Shown here piece after piece: positions 18,223 to 28,302 of a stretch of 64,000 bases of DNA. How positions within the stretch are numbered: position 1 is the first letter of the stretch; each line of letters opens with the position of its first letter. The DNA comes from an uncultured virus (IMG/VR IMGVR_UViG_3300010355_000162). Lineage: Duplodnaviria > Heunggongvirae > Uroviricota > Caudoviricetes. The position numbers and the translations under genes were made by a program. The notes under the pieces were generated by a model. The model did no database searches. It saw nothing but the letters and a program-made list of their open reading frames with translations, and was not told the origin of the DNA. Location: the IMG/VR virus record IMGVR_UViG_3300010355_000162; one strand, written 5' to 3'.

Positions 18223-19793
18223 CCATACCCAGCAAAAAGGCGCTGGTACTAAACCTCAAAGACCCAAGCCGCGTCACTGCGGTGATCCCGAAGTACGAGT
18301 TCATCAACTCGAACGGGATCGTGTACCTCGCTGTCCCGCATACAACCGATGCGTGGCACATCCTGCGGAACCTAGGAATCAACGTCAAAGGGTACGAGCC
18401 GATGCGCTCGTACTACCACTACCCAAAGCTCTCAGGTATCTACGAGCCGATGGATCATCAACGCGAGACAGCGGTGTTCTGCGCAACGCACAAGCGATGC
18501 TACGTACTCAACACCATGCGCACCGGCAAGACAGCGTCGACGTTGTGGGCCGCTGACTTCCTTCGCCGATCCAAACAAGTCAAGCGCACGCTGATCCTGT
18601 GTACGATGTCGTGCATGGTGAAGGTGTGGAAGAACGCAATCTGGTCCCTCTTCCCCGACGCCCGTGTTAACGTGCTGCATGGTTCAGCCGAGACACGTAT
18701 CAAGTTGCTTGACCAAGACGCTGAGTATTACGTCATCAACCACGACGGCATCAAGACCATCGAGAAACAGCTGACCCTTGCGATCAAGCACGGGTTCATC
18801 GACCTCATCATCAACGACGAAGGCGCTGAGTTCCGCAACGCAGGTACCGATAAGTACAAGGTACTGTACCGTGTGGCGAAGGGTTGCCCGCGTATCTGGT
18901 GGCTGACCGGCACGCCTACACCACGTAGTCCTGAAGACGCGTGGGCACAGTGCAAGATCGTGACACCGGAGACAACGCCGCCTACGTTCAAGTCGTGGCA
19001 GGACAGCGTGATGTTCAGGGTGAGCCAATTCAAGTGGGTACCGCGGCACGACTCCGACGCCAAGGTGCACGCACTCATGCAGCCAGCGATCCGGTTCCGC
19101 AAAGAGGACGTGATCGACGTGATGCCGGTGACGTTTGAAGAACGCGAAGCGCCGCTGACAACAGAGCAGAAGCACGTGTTCGACGAGATCAAAAAGCAAG
19201 GCGCAATCCGCTCGGCGAACGGCACCATCAGTGCGGTCAATAAAGGCGTACTGTTGCAGAAGCTCATTCAAATTTCGATGGGTGTTGTGCGTGCTGATGA
19301 CGGGACCGAAGTGCTATACAAGCCGAAGCCTCGCCTCGCCGTCGTGCGTGAGATCATCGAGCAGGCCGAAGGTAAGGTCATCGTGTTCGCACCGTTTCAT
19401 GCTGTGGTCGACATGTTGGTGCGTGAGATCAAAGAGTACACGACGGTCGACTTCATCGACGGGCGCGTATCCGGCACGGCACGTGACAAAGTCATCACTG
19501 AGTTCCAAGAACGCGAACACTTGCGGGTACTGGTAGCACACCCACGTACTACCGGCCACGGCCTTGAGCTGGCCGCAGCGAACACGATCATCTGGTTCGG
19601 CCCCATCTTCTCACCCGACTACTACGAACAGGCTAACCACCGCGTGCAGTCCGGGCAGCAGAAACATTCCATCGGTATCTACCACATCGGCGCGACCTCG
19701 ATGGAGTGGAAGTATTACGGCATCCTACGTAATAGCGTTAACGCGCAACAGAAGATGTTGGATTTGTACAACGAAGTTGTCGGCACTACTTGA
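18213..19793 (+). CDS. SNF2-family (SF2) helicase
   Basis: HQ, RTGKT, INDEG, LTGTP, GHGLEL, QA.HR. Confidence 0.93.
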   Translation: MPVAIPSKKALVLNLKDPSRVTAVIPKYEFINSNGIVYLAVPHTTDAWHILRNLGINVKGYEPMRSYYHYPKLSGIYEPMDHQRETAVFCATHKRCYVLNTMRTGKTASTLWAADFLRRSKQVKRTLILCTMSCMVKVWKNAIWSLFPDARVNVLHGSAETRIKLLDQDAEYYVINHDGIKTIEKQLTLAIKHGFIDLIINDEGAEFRNAGTDKYKVLYRVAKGCPRIWWLTGTPTPRSPEDAWAQCKIVTPETTPPTFKSWQDSVMFRVSQFKWVPRHDSDAKVHALMQPAIRFRKEDVIDVMPVTFEEREAPLTTEQKHVFDEIKKQGAIRSANGTISAVNKGVLLQKLIQISMGVVRADDGTEVLYKPKPRLAVVREIIEQAEGKVIVFAPFHAVVDMLVREIKEYTTVDFIDGRVSGTARDKVITEFQEREHLRVLVAHPRTTGHGLELAAANTIIWFGPIFSPDYYEQANHRVQSGQQKHSIGIYHIGATSMEWKYYGILRNSVNAQQKMLDLYNEVVGTT

Positions 19794-19817
19794 CAACCTC
19801 GCAGTAACGTGTATTAT
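19790..19817 (+). promoter_or_regulatory. Sigma70-type promoter (early-class spacer)
   Basis: TTGACA-ACCTCGCAGTAACGTG(16)-TATTAT. Confidence 0.7.
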
Positions 19818-19854
19818 TCAGTTTCGTCAGTCCCATCAACAACACAAGGTTCAT

Positions 19855-20487
19855 ATGCCAAGACTCCTACAAGACCCCGTTAACCGCGAATTCTTCGTTC
19901 GCGAAGACGGGGCAAAAGTTACCGTATCTCAGAGCGGTGCCGAAGACCTCGGCGAATACACCATCACCGAGCTACGTGCGATGGCGAAAGCGATCAATGC
20001 TTTCATCGCCGCACAACCGCTCGCACCTACGCCAAATCTCAAAGACCTCAGTGATCCGCAGATCGTATCGCTGTATATGTCGATGAAGGAGCGACGCGAA
20101 GAACTCAACGGCGTACATAAAGCCGCCGACGAGAAGCGCAGTACCAAAGTCGACGAGGTCAAGGCCGACATCCTGCGTCGCCTCAATGAGCGCGGCGTCG
20201 AGAGCTTCTCGATCGCAGGCGTCGGGTCAGTTAAGCGCACTAAGAAAACCCAAGTCGCTGCGGGTGACTGGCCTTTGTTTTGGGATTGGTTCCTTGACGA
20301 AGTCAAGAAGGAAGAGGCCAAACCCACGACCGATCCGTCACGCAACAGGCACGCACCGTTCGCGTTCCTGTATAAAAAATTGTCGTCGACCGCTGTCGAG
20401 GATTACATGGGGGCAGATGGCCCCCCTCCGAAGGGCGTCAACGTCAACTCATACTTCGATGTTTCGATTACGAAACCCCGCAAGTAA
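19855..20487 (+). CDS. Phage replication-module protein
   Basis: 210 aa; coiled coil then DW..F...L.K.L...PP.GV motif, upstream of SSB-like gene. Confidence 0.75.
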   Translation: MPRLLQDPVNREFFVREDGAKVTVSQSGAEDLGEYTITELRAMAKAINAFIAAQPLAPTPNLKDLSDPQIVSLYMSMKERREELNGVHKAADEKRSTKVDEVKADILRRLNERGVESFSIAGVGSVKRTKKTQVAAGDWPLFWDWFLDEVKKEEAKPTTDPSRNRHAPFAFLYKKLSSTAVEDYMGADGPPPKGVNVNSYFDVSITKPRK

Positions 20488-20514
20488 TCACCAACCACTC
20501 AAGGAAATTTCACA

Positions 20515-21924
20515 GTGAATCAATCAGCTAATCCTCTGGCCGTCATCGGCCAAACCGGGCTCGCACTTCCCGACGACTTCTACGCAGCCGCAGCCGGACT
20601 TGATGCTGGCGACATCGGCGGTGGACTTGTCGGTGGCGGGTTCAACCGCATCGCCCTTCGTCAAGGTTCCTTCATTCAGATCACCGATGCTGGTGAAGTT
20701 GAAGTGCCAACCAAATACCTCGACGGTATCATCATCGCCGGTAACCCGGACGTGTCCCGTCAATACTTCGAGGACGCCTACGTTCCGGGCTCTGGTCAGA
20801 AGCCTGCATGCACGAGCCACAACGGCGTGACACCGGACTTCCCTGCACGTGTGAAAGCTGGTACGCCCGCTTCGCGCATGCCCGGTAAGTCCTGCAACGT
20901 GTGCCCGCTCAACGTGTCGGGTTCCGGCAAGGACGGCAAGGGCCGCGCATGCGCGTTCCGTAAGCGCATCGTGCTCATCTCCGCAGAAGACTTGTTCAGC
21001 GGCGTAGAGAACCCAACACCGTACGTGTTCGACGTTAGCTCGATGTCGATGTTCGGTGATGGCTGGCAAGAGCGCGGCATGTTCAGCTTCCAGCAGTACG
21101 TTCGCGAACTGGCTCGCCCACGTGACCGTCTGCCTAACGGTATCCCGGTACAGATGGTCGTGACTCGCATCGTATTCGATACGCGTCAAACGGTTCCTGT
21201 TGTCGTATTCAACGTCGCACCGCAGTCGCCGCAAGCTCCATCGTTCCTGTCGGGATCGCAAGCTAAGTTCGTAAAAGAGCTGGGCGAGTCGGAAGCCGTT
21301 ACACGATTGCTGACTGCGTCTGAGTACGAGGCCGCAGCTCCGGCAGCACCAGCAGGTGACGCGGGTCAAGTTCAATCGCAGCCGATTAACGTCGACGCAC
21401 TGAGCAAGAAACAAACGCCAGCAGTGCGCACGTGGCAGCAGGTCGCCCTCGAAGGCGAAGCTGACCCTGATGACATCGCGTCAGTCGAAGCTGTAGGCGG
21501 ACCGTACACGGTGAAGGGTAAGAAACTTTGGGACGCGCTCATCGGCATGGACTTGCCTGAAGAACCGAAGGCAGCAACGCCACCGCCACCACCGCCCGCA
21601 CCTGTTCCACTGTGGAGTGATGGCCTCGACGCAGACACGATCGAGATGGTGACGGATGCAGGCGGTCCTGAGTCGACGCTCGGCGCGAAGCTCATCGCGA
21701 AGTTCCGTGCGAAGGCAGGTGCAGCAGCTCCGGCCCCAGCACCGGCAGCGTCGGGATCGAAGGGTCGTGGCCGCAAGACCACCCCAGCAGCTGAGACGCA
21801 GCAAGCTGCACCGCCAGCACCGGCCCCTACACCAGCGCCTGCACCCGCACCTACCCCAGCAGCACCGGGCGTCGATGCGGATCAACTCGGCAACATGATG
21901 AACGGGTTTGACGACGAGGCGTAA
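20515..21924 (+). CDS. Putative ssDNA-binding protein with Pro/Ala-rich extension and acidic tail
   Basis: P.C.S.NG..P, C..CP.N..GSG..GKGRAC Zn motif; ends FDDEA. Confidence 0.7.
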   Translation: MNQSANPLAVIGQTGLALPDDFYAAAAGLDAGDIGGGLVGGGFNRIALRQGSFIQITDAGEVEVPTKYLDGIIIAGNPDVSRQYFEDAYVPGSGQKPACTSHNGVTPDFPARVKAGTPASRMPGKSCNVCPLNVSGSGKDGKGRACAFRKRIVLISAEDLFSGVENPTPYVFDVSSMSMFGDGWQERGMFSFQQYVRELARPRDRLPNGIPVQMVVTRIVFDTRQTVPVVVFNVAPQSPQAPSFLSGSQAKFVKELGESEAVTRLLTASEYEAAAPAAPAGDAGQVQSQPINVDALSKKQTPAVRTWQQVALEGEADPDDIASVEAVGGPYTVKGKKLWDALIGMDLPEEPKAATPPPPPPAPVPLWSDGLDADTIEMVTDAGGPESTLGAKLIAKFRAKAGAAAPAPAPAASGSKGRGRKTTPAAETQQAAPPAPAPTPAPAPAPTPAAPGVDADQLGNMMNGFDDEA

Positions 21925-21932
21925 ACCAACTA

Positions 21933-22123
21933 TATTGCGGGCTTACCCCGCATAACGCACTCCCGGAGAGATTCGGTTCTCTCCGGGTAATCAACGTCGG
22001 GCTCGCCAGCTCGACCCACCGACTAGAAAAGATAATCCATCATGCACGCTCTACCCTACGAAATCTCCAACTGTCTTTGCATGAGCAGTTGTGGGGCTGG
22101 CGAACGGGGGGTGGAGCGTGCAT
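21933..22123 (+). other. Structured intergenic region (three short hairpins plus one ~82-nt hairpin)
   Basis: TGCGGG/CCCGCA, CCCGGAGAGA/TCTCTCCGGG, GTCGGGCT/AGCTCGAC, ATGCACGCTCTACCC/GGGTGGAGCGTGCAT. Confidence 0.75.
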
Positions 22124-22126
22124 AAT

Positions 22127-25100
22127 GTGTTATCGACAGCAGAGTTCCTGCGACTGGTTACTCCGCAGGATGGCGAGAAGTCCATCTGCGTTATCACCGG
22201 CACATCAGCAGTCACTGGCCGTCCGACGTGGCGCAACTACCGCGCACCAGATGCCGACGCACTAGCCGAGATCGCGATGCAGCAGGATGCCACCGGGCGT
22301 CCCGTCTATTTCGCCCTCGCCGGTTTCGTACCGGGCACACTTGAAGACTACGCGGGCCGCAAGCACGCCAACGTATCGAGTCTCCGCTCGCTGTGGATCG
22401 ACATCGACGTAGCCAAGGACGACACCCGCAAGTACGACAAGATCGCCACGGCAGGCGTGAAGGTCACGGAGTTCGCTCGCGCGACTGGGCTACCTGACCC
22501 GCTGATCGTCGTGAGTGGCGGCGGTGTGCATGCATACTGGCCGCTGTCTGAGGACGTGTCGAAGGCCGAGTGGCAACCTGTCGCCGACCAGCTGAAAGTC
22601 GCTGCACGTGGCTGGGGTTTGAAGTTCGACCCGACCCGCACAGGTGACTCGGCCTCGGTACTCCGCCCTGTAGGTACCACGAACCGGAAGCGCGACAAGG
22701 CGAAGATGGTCACGCATGTGCCGACCGGATTCCAGATCGTGCCTCTGGCCCATATCGGTGCGATGGTCGGCGCTGTCGCCGTCGCTGCGGACCCGATGGC
22801 CGCTGCCCTCAGTGCGATACCCGAAGAGCTGTACGAGGGTGCCGCAACGAACGCTGCGATCACGAACCTCGCGATCCACCCGCGCTCGGCCAAGCTGATA
22901 TTTATGAAGTGCGCGCAGATGCGCAACTCATTCCTCGATATGAAGTACGGTTCAGACGGCGTGGCCGCTGACGGTACTACAGGCACACCCGTGCCGGAAC
23001 CACTGTGGCTCGCGGGCATAAGCGTGTTGGCACGCTGCACGAACGGGCGCAAGCACGCACACACGTACTCGAAGCCCTACCCCGGATACTCCGCTGATGA
23101 AGTCGACGACAAGCTGCGTCGATTCAGCGACAGTCCCCGCAAGTGCTCGACGTTTAACGAACAGAATCCCGGTGGCTGCATCGGGTGTCCGCACATCGGC
23201 AAGATCACGTCACCATTGCAGCTGGGCGTGGCCGAAGGTGCACTGCTACCTGAAGAGCCGCCACCAACAACGACGATTCGCGGCGAAGCGATTGTCGAGC
23301 TGAAGGTACCGAAAGAGTCACGCGGTTTCGCAGGTGAATCCGGCACTGAGTCGACGACCTATGCCGCAGAGGAAGTCGAGACGATCATCGAGTGCGCGCC
23401 ACCGCGCTACCCGTACCGCCGCGTTGCGACCGGGCTCGCCAAGGTATCGAAGGAACCCAAGGTCGACGAGCAGACCGGCGAGAAGTTACCCGGCCTGTTC
23501 ATCGAAGTCGAGACTGTGTTCTCGCACTACGACATCTACCCAACCATCGTCACCGACACGCGTCGCCGTGATGAGGATGATGCCACACTGAGCGTGCACT
23601 GGCAGGTAGGGGTCAAGGGTGATCCACTCAGCTACGTCGACGTAGTCATCCCGAAGACCGTGCTCGCGTCGGACGCTGAGCTGAAGTCATTCCTCTACTC
23701 CCACACCCCGTACGCGGCAGCGACCGGCGAGCACATGATCGTTGCCGAGTACATGCGCGCCTACGTGAAGCAGCTCAAGCCCGAGCAGACCCAGCGCGTC
23801 GCGATGGGTTTCGGCTGGGAGAACACGTCACGTTCGGTGATGACTGAGGAGATGTCGTTCATCACAGGCCGCACTCGTATCCGCCGCAAGCGTGACTCGC
23901 AGGGCCGGTTCGTCGTGGTCGATGAGCCTTGCTACCCTGATGTCGGCATGACGGCACTGCTGGATCGCGTGAAGCCGAAGGGCACCCTCGAAGGCTGGGC
24001 GAAGGCCGCAGCGTTCTACGGCAAGACACACGCCACATACAAGCACGTCGTCGCGGCGCTCTGCGGTATGGGTTCGCCGATGATTTACTTCACGGGCGAG
24101 CGCTCAAGCATCGTCGTGATGAACGGTACGTCAGGTTGCGGTAAGTCGAAGGTGCAGGAGTTCATCGCGTCGGCATGGGCTGATCCATCACCCGGTAACT
24201 CGTTCGTGATGGCCGGTGACTCCACCAACAACGCCCGCATGATCCACCTCGGTGCGGTCAACAATCTCCCAGCGCTCGCCGAAGACGTGCAGCGCATGGA
24301 GCGCGACGAGCTGAGCAAGTTCATCATGTCTGCGGCCAACGGCGAAGAGCGCATGCGCGCCAAGGTTAGTCAAGGTACCACCGAGCTGCAAGCGCGGCGC
24401 ACATGGTGTACGACAACCGTCGTATCGACGAACCACGACTGGCGCAACATCCTCGCGTCGGTCGGCGTGAACGCTGAAGGTGAGTACGGTCGTCTGGTGC
24501 AGATCAACATGGACCGCGTGCCTGACCACCTGTGGGGCAACAAGTACGAGTTCAATGAGGCGCTCGCCCACAACCACGGCGTAGTCGGTCCAGTGCTCGT
24601 ACGTCGGTTCCTTGCTAACCCTGAGCGGGAGCTTAAACGACTCAACAGTTACTCGGATACGCTCTGCAAGATCATTGACAGCAACGCGCACACGAACCCC
24701 GCACTCAAGAATTTCTCGCGTAGCGAGATGCGTATCTTCCTCGCCACGATGTGCACCGCGCTGTGGACTCTATACCACCTGCGCCAGCTGAAGCTCGTGG
24801 ATTGGGAACCGGCCCTTGTCGTTCAAGCGATGATCGAATTGCTGACCGAAGGTACGGAGACGTTCGTTGAGTCCCGCGTCGAGAGCACAACGCTATTAGG
24901 TCAGTTCGTCAACGAGAACTACGGCAATCTCGCACTCGTGACACACCAAGGCGTGACGCCGCTCGGTGTCGACGCCGCAGAGCCAGACGCCGTAACCGGC
25001 AAGATGGCGCTGAACAAGATCGTCGGTCGTGTCGACAACATACTTCACGCGATTGAGGTCGCCAGTACATCACTGCGTGTGTGGTTGCTAGATCGCGGCG

Positions 25101-25279
25101 TGAGCATGAAGCACTTCACTGACGGGCTCATCGCCACCGGGCATACCATCGAGAAACAACAGCTCTCGCTGACACGCGGCTTCGCGTTCGAGATCAAGAT
25201 GGCGCGGACAGAGGTATACGTTATCAAAGGGTACAGCACCCGAGAAATAGTTTCACAATCAACAGAGGACTCCACATGA
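22127..25279 (+). CDS. Primase-helicase (RepB'/AEP-like primase plus DUF927-like P-loop domain)
   Basis: WIDID, SGGGVHAYW, LRP.GT.N.K; C..F....P..C.GCP; Walker A GTSGCGKS; start GTG 22127 assumed. Confidence 0.88.
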   Translation: MLSTAEFLRLVTPQDGEKSICVITGTSAVTGRPTWRNYRAPDADALAEIAMQQDATGRPVYFALAGFVPGTLEDYAGRKHANVSSLRSLWIDIDVAKDDTRKYDKIATAGVKVTEFARATGLPDPLIVVSGGGVHAYWPLSEDVSKAEWQPVADQLKVAARGWGLKFDPTRTGDSASVLRPVGTTNRKRDKAKMVTHVPTGFQIVPLAHIGAMVGAVAVAADPMAAALSAIPEELYEGAATNAAITNLAIHPRSAKLIFMKCAQMRNSFLDMKYGSDGVAADGTTGTPVPEPLWLAGISVLARCTNGRKHAHTYSKPYPGYSADEVDDKLRRFSDSPRKCSTFNEQNPGGCIGCPHIGKITSPLQLGVAEGALLPEEPPPTTTIRGEAIVELKVPKESRGFAGESGTESTTYAAEEVETIIECAPPRYPYRRVATGLAKVSKEPKVDEQTGEKLPGLFIEVETVFSHYDIYPTIVTDTRRRDEDDATLSVHWQVGVKGDPLSYVDVVIPKTVLASDAELKSFLYSHTPYAAATGEHMIVAEYMRAYVKQLKPEQTQRVAMGFGWENTSRSVMTEEMSFITGRTRIRRKRDSQGRFVVVDEPCYPDVGMTALLDRVKPKGTLEGWAKAAAFYGKTHATYKHVVAALCGMGSPMIYFTGERSSIVVMNGTSGCGKSKVQEFIASAWADPSPGNSFVMAGDSTNNARMIHLGAVNNLPALAEDVQRMERDELSKFIMSAANGEERMRAKVSQGTTELQARRTWCTTTVVSTNHDWRNILASVGVNAEGEYGRLVQINMDRVPDHLWGNKYEFNEALAHNHGVVGPVLVRRFLANPERELKRLNSYSDTLCKIIDSNAHTNPALKNFSRSEMRIFLATMCTALWTLYHLRQLKLVDWEPALVVQAMIELLTEGTETFVESRVESTTLLGQFVNENYGNLALVTHQGVTPLGVDAAEPDAVTGKMALNKIVGRVDNILHAIEVASTSLRVWLLDRGVSMKHFTDGLIATGHTIEKQQLSLTRGFAFEIKMARTEVYVIKGYSTREIVSQSTEDST

Positions 25280-27240
25280 AAGACTTATCCCTGCGCGCAC
25301 AGATGGTGACGCGCCGTACTTACAACCGACCTCTCGACGAAGCGGGCACCGTGTTCGAGACATGGAAGGAAACCGTTAACCGCGTAGTCCACCATCAGGT
25401 GTGGTTGTGGGAACGCCAGCTCGGGCGAAAGCTCAACATCACCGAAGCCGCCGAGCTTGAAGAGCTGCGCACATTGATGGAAGAACGCAAGGCACTCCTG
25501 TCCGGGCGCACGCTCTGGTTGGGCGGCACTGACACAGCGAAGGCCCGCGAAGCGTCGCAGTTCAACTGCGCCTTCACACACGTCGAAACGGTCTACGACG
25601 TGGTCGACGTACTCTGGCTCCTGCTGCAAGGCTGTGGCGTGGGTTTCCGTCCGATTGTGGGTACCCTTAACGGCTTCGGTAAGCGCATCCCAACCATCAA
25701 TATCGTACGCAGCGTCCGCACTGAGAAGGGCGGCAACGAGAACAACGTCGAGACATGGACCCCCGAGACGAAAACGTGGACCTTGTCGCTCGGCGACAGC
25801 GCCGTGGCTTGGGCGAAGTTCATGGGCAAACTGTTGGCTGGTAAGTATCCTGCCGACACGCTGGTGCTCGACTTCAGCCAGATTCGCCCTGCTGGTCAAC
25901 GCCTCAAGGGTTACGGCTGGCTGTCGTCTGGTGATGCGGCTATCGCCAAGGCATCCAAAGCGATCGTAGACATCTTAAACCGCCGCGCCGGGTCACTGCT
26001 GTCACGCATTGACATCCTGGACCTCGTCAACTGGCTCGGCACTGTACTGTCGTCGCGTCGCTCAGCCGAGATCGCGCTCGTCGAATACGGTGAGCAGGAG
26101 TGGGAAGCGTTCGCGAACGCGAAGCACGAATACTGGGTGAAGAACCCACAGCGCGGCCAGTCCAACAACAGCTTGTTGTTCACGTCGAAACCATCCCGCG
26201 ACGAGATCGGTCGTACGATCGACATGATGATCGCTGCCGGTGGATCGGAACCGGGCTTCATCAACTACGAGAACATGGTGCGTCGTGCGCCGTGGGCGAA
26301 GGGTATGAACCCATGCGCTGAGATCATGCTCGCCAACAAGGGTTTCTGCAACCTAGTGACGGTCAACGTCGCTGCGTTCGCCGATGATAATGCAGGTCTG
26401 CACCGTGCAGGCTACATCATGGGCCGTGCGAACTATCGCCAGACCTGCGTGAACCTGAAGGACGGCGTACTGCAAGAGGCATGGCACCTGAACAATGAGT
26501 ACCTGCGACTGTGCGGTGCGAGCCTCACGGGTCAAGCGCAGCGCCCGGACCTGATGCCGTACGACTATGCAGCGCTTCGCCGCACCACGACACACGGCGC
26601 GTACTCGATGGCGTACGAGCTTGGCACGCCTGTCCCGAAGAACGTCACGACCGTGAAGCCTGAAGGCACCGGCTCGAAGATCATGGACTGCACTGAGGGC
26701 ATGCACAAGCCTCTTGGTCGCTACATCTTCAACAACATCAACTTCTCGAAGCACGATCCGATCGTCGCCGTCGCCCGTGCAGCAGGCTACAAGGTCCGCG
26801 AGAGCCCTGCCGACAAAGAGAACGTGCTCATCACGTTCCCAGTGCAGTACGAAGGCGTAGCGTTCACGACGGTTAACGGTACGGAAGTCAGTGTTGAGTC
26901 GGCAGTGAGCCAGCTCGACCGTTACCTGATGTTGATGAACAACTGGTGCGACCAGAACGTATCGGCGACGATCAGCTACGATGCAAGCGAGCGCGACGCG
27001 ATCGTGGACTGGCTTGACCGCAACTGGGATAGCTACGTCGGCGTGAGCTTCCTGTTCCGTGCTGACCCAACCAAGACCGCTCGCGACCTTGGCTACGACT
27101 ATCTTCCGCAGGAAGTAGTAACCAAAGAGGTGTATGATGCATACGTTGCAACCCTCTCCCCCGTTGACCTTGACGCAACCAACAGCCACAACACGATGAA
27201 CGTCGAAGAGTGTGCCGGTGGCATCTGCCCAGTGAGATAA
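25276..27240 (+). CDS. nrdJ: Class II (B12-dependent) ribonucleotide reductase
   Basis: RRTY.R, GR.LW, FNC, GCGVGF, RRSAEI, NPCAEI, FCNL, TTVKP.GT, C-terminal C.GG.CP. Confidence 0.93.
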   Translation: MKDLSLRAQMVTRRTYNRPLDEAGTVFETWKETVNRVVHHQVWLWERQLGRKLNITEAAELEELRTLMEERKALLSGRTLWLGGTDTAKAREASQFNCAFTHVETVYDVVDVLWLLLQGCGVGFRPIVGTLNGFGKRIPTINIVRSVRTEKGGNENNVETWTPETKTWTLSLGDSAVAWAKFMGKLLAGKYPADTLVLDFSQIRPAGQRLKGYGWLSSGDAAIAKASKAIVDILNRRAGSLLSRIDILDLVNWLGTVLSSRRSAEIALVEYGEQEWEAFANAKHEYWVKNPQRGQSNNSLLFTSKPSRDEIGRTIDMMIAAGGSEPGFINYENMVRRAPWAKGMNPCAEIMLANKGFCNLVTVNVAAFADDNAGLHRAGYIMGRANYRQTCVNLKDGVLQEAWHLNNEYLRLCGASLTGQAQRPDLMPYDYAALRRTTTHGAYSMAYELGTPVPKNVTTVKPEGTGSKIMDCTEGMHKPLGRYIFNNINFSKHDPIVAVARAAGYKVRESPADKENVLITFPVQYEGVAFTTVNGTEVSVESAVSQLDRYLMLMNNWCDQNVSATISYDASERDAIVDWLDRNWDSYVGVSFLFRADPTKTARDLGYDYLPQEVVTKEVYDAYVATLSPVDLDATNSHNTMNVEECAGGICPVR

Positions 27241-27242
27241 CT

Positions 27243-27436
27243 ATGAATGACCCACGAATCGACGAAGCGATACGCATGCTAAAAGAGGCTGGATTCACCC
27301 ACGAAGCCGCTGTCCGCATCGCCCCTGAAGCAGCCACTTGGCTGACCCAAAAGGTGAAACCCGAAGTCGTCGGCTTCGCGGGCGACAAGCTCGGGTTCGC
27401 TAACCCAGCACAGGTTACCTACGGGCCGACAGGTGG
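27243..27436 (+). CDS. Hypothetical protein truncated by gap
   Basis: MNDPRIDEA... open into the N run. Confidence 0.6.
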
Positions 27437-28156
27437 NNNNNNNNNNNNNNNNNNNNNNNNNNNNNNNNNNNNNNNNNNNNNNNNNNNNNNNNNNNNNNNN
27501 NNNNNNNNNNNNNNNNNNNNNNNNNNNNNNNNNNNNNNNNNNNNNNNNNNNNNNNNNNNNNNNNNNNNNNNNNNNNNNNNNNNNNNNNNNNNNNNNNNNN
27601 NNNNNNNNNNNNNNNNNNNNNNNNNNNNNNNNNNNNNNNNNNNNNNNNNNNNNNNNNNNNNNNNNNNNNNNNNNNNNNNNNNNNNNNNNNNNNNNNNNNN
27701 NNNNNNNNNNNNNNNNNNNNNNNNNNNNNNNNNNNNNNNNNNNNNNNNNNNNNNNNNNNNNNNNNNNNNNNNNNNNNNNNNNNNNNNNNNNNNNNNNNNN
27801 NNNNNNNNNNNNNNNNNNNNNNNNNNNNNNNNNNNNNNNNNNNNNNNNNNNNNNNNNNNNNNNNNNNNNNNNNNNNNNNNNNNNNNNNNNNNNNNNNNNN
27901 NNNNNNNNNNNNNNNNNNNNNNNNNNNNNNNNNNNNNNNNNNNNNNNNNNNNNNNNNNNNNNNNNNNNNNNNNNNNNNNNNNNNNNNNNNNNNNNNNNNN
28001 NNNNNNNNNNNNNNNNNNNNNNNNNNNNNNNNNNNNNNNNNNNNNNNNNNNNNNNNNNNNNNNNNNNNNNNNNNNNNNNNNNNNNNNNNNNNNNNNNNNN
28101 NNNNNNNNNNNNNNNNNNNNNNNNNNNNNNNNNNNNNNNNNNNNNNNNNNNNNNNN
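27437..28156. other. Assembly gap (720 N)
   Basis: Run of n. Confidence 1.
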
Positions 28157-28300
28157 CTCAAGTCCCCGATCGGCAGCGGCGGCTACGGCCTTCGCCCGTA
28201 CGAAGACTGGCGCAGCTACACCGAAGGGGGCATGCGCGATCCGTCGCTCCCTCGGGCTTACTACTACGTCCCCGCTCTCAACGAAACTATGGATTGGTAA
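28157..28300 (+). CDS. C-terminal fragment of a gene starting in or before the gap
   Basis: ...LKSPIGSGGYGLRPYEDW...NETMDW*, stop 2 nt before next ATG. Confidence 0.55.
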   Translation, partial: LKSPIGSGGYGLRPYEDWRSYTEGGMRDPSLPRAYYYVPALNETMDW

Positions 28301-28302
28301 AA

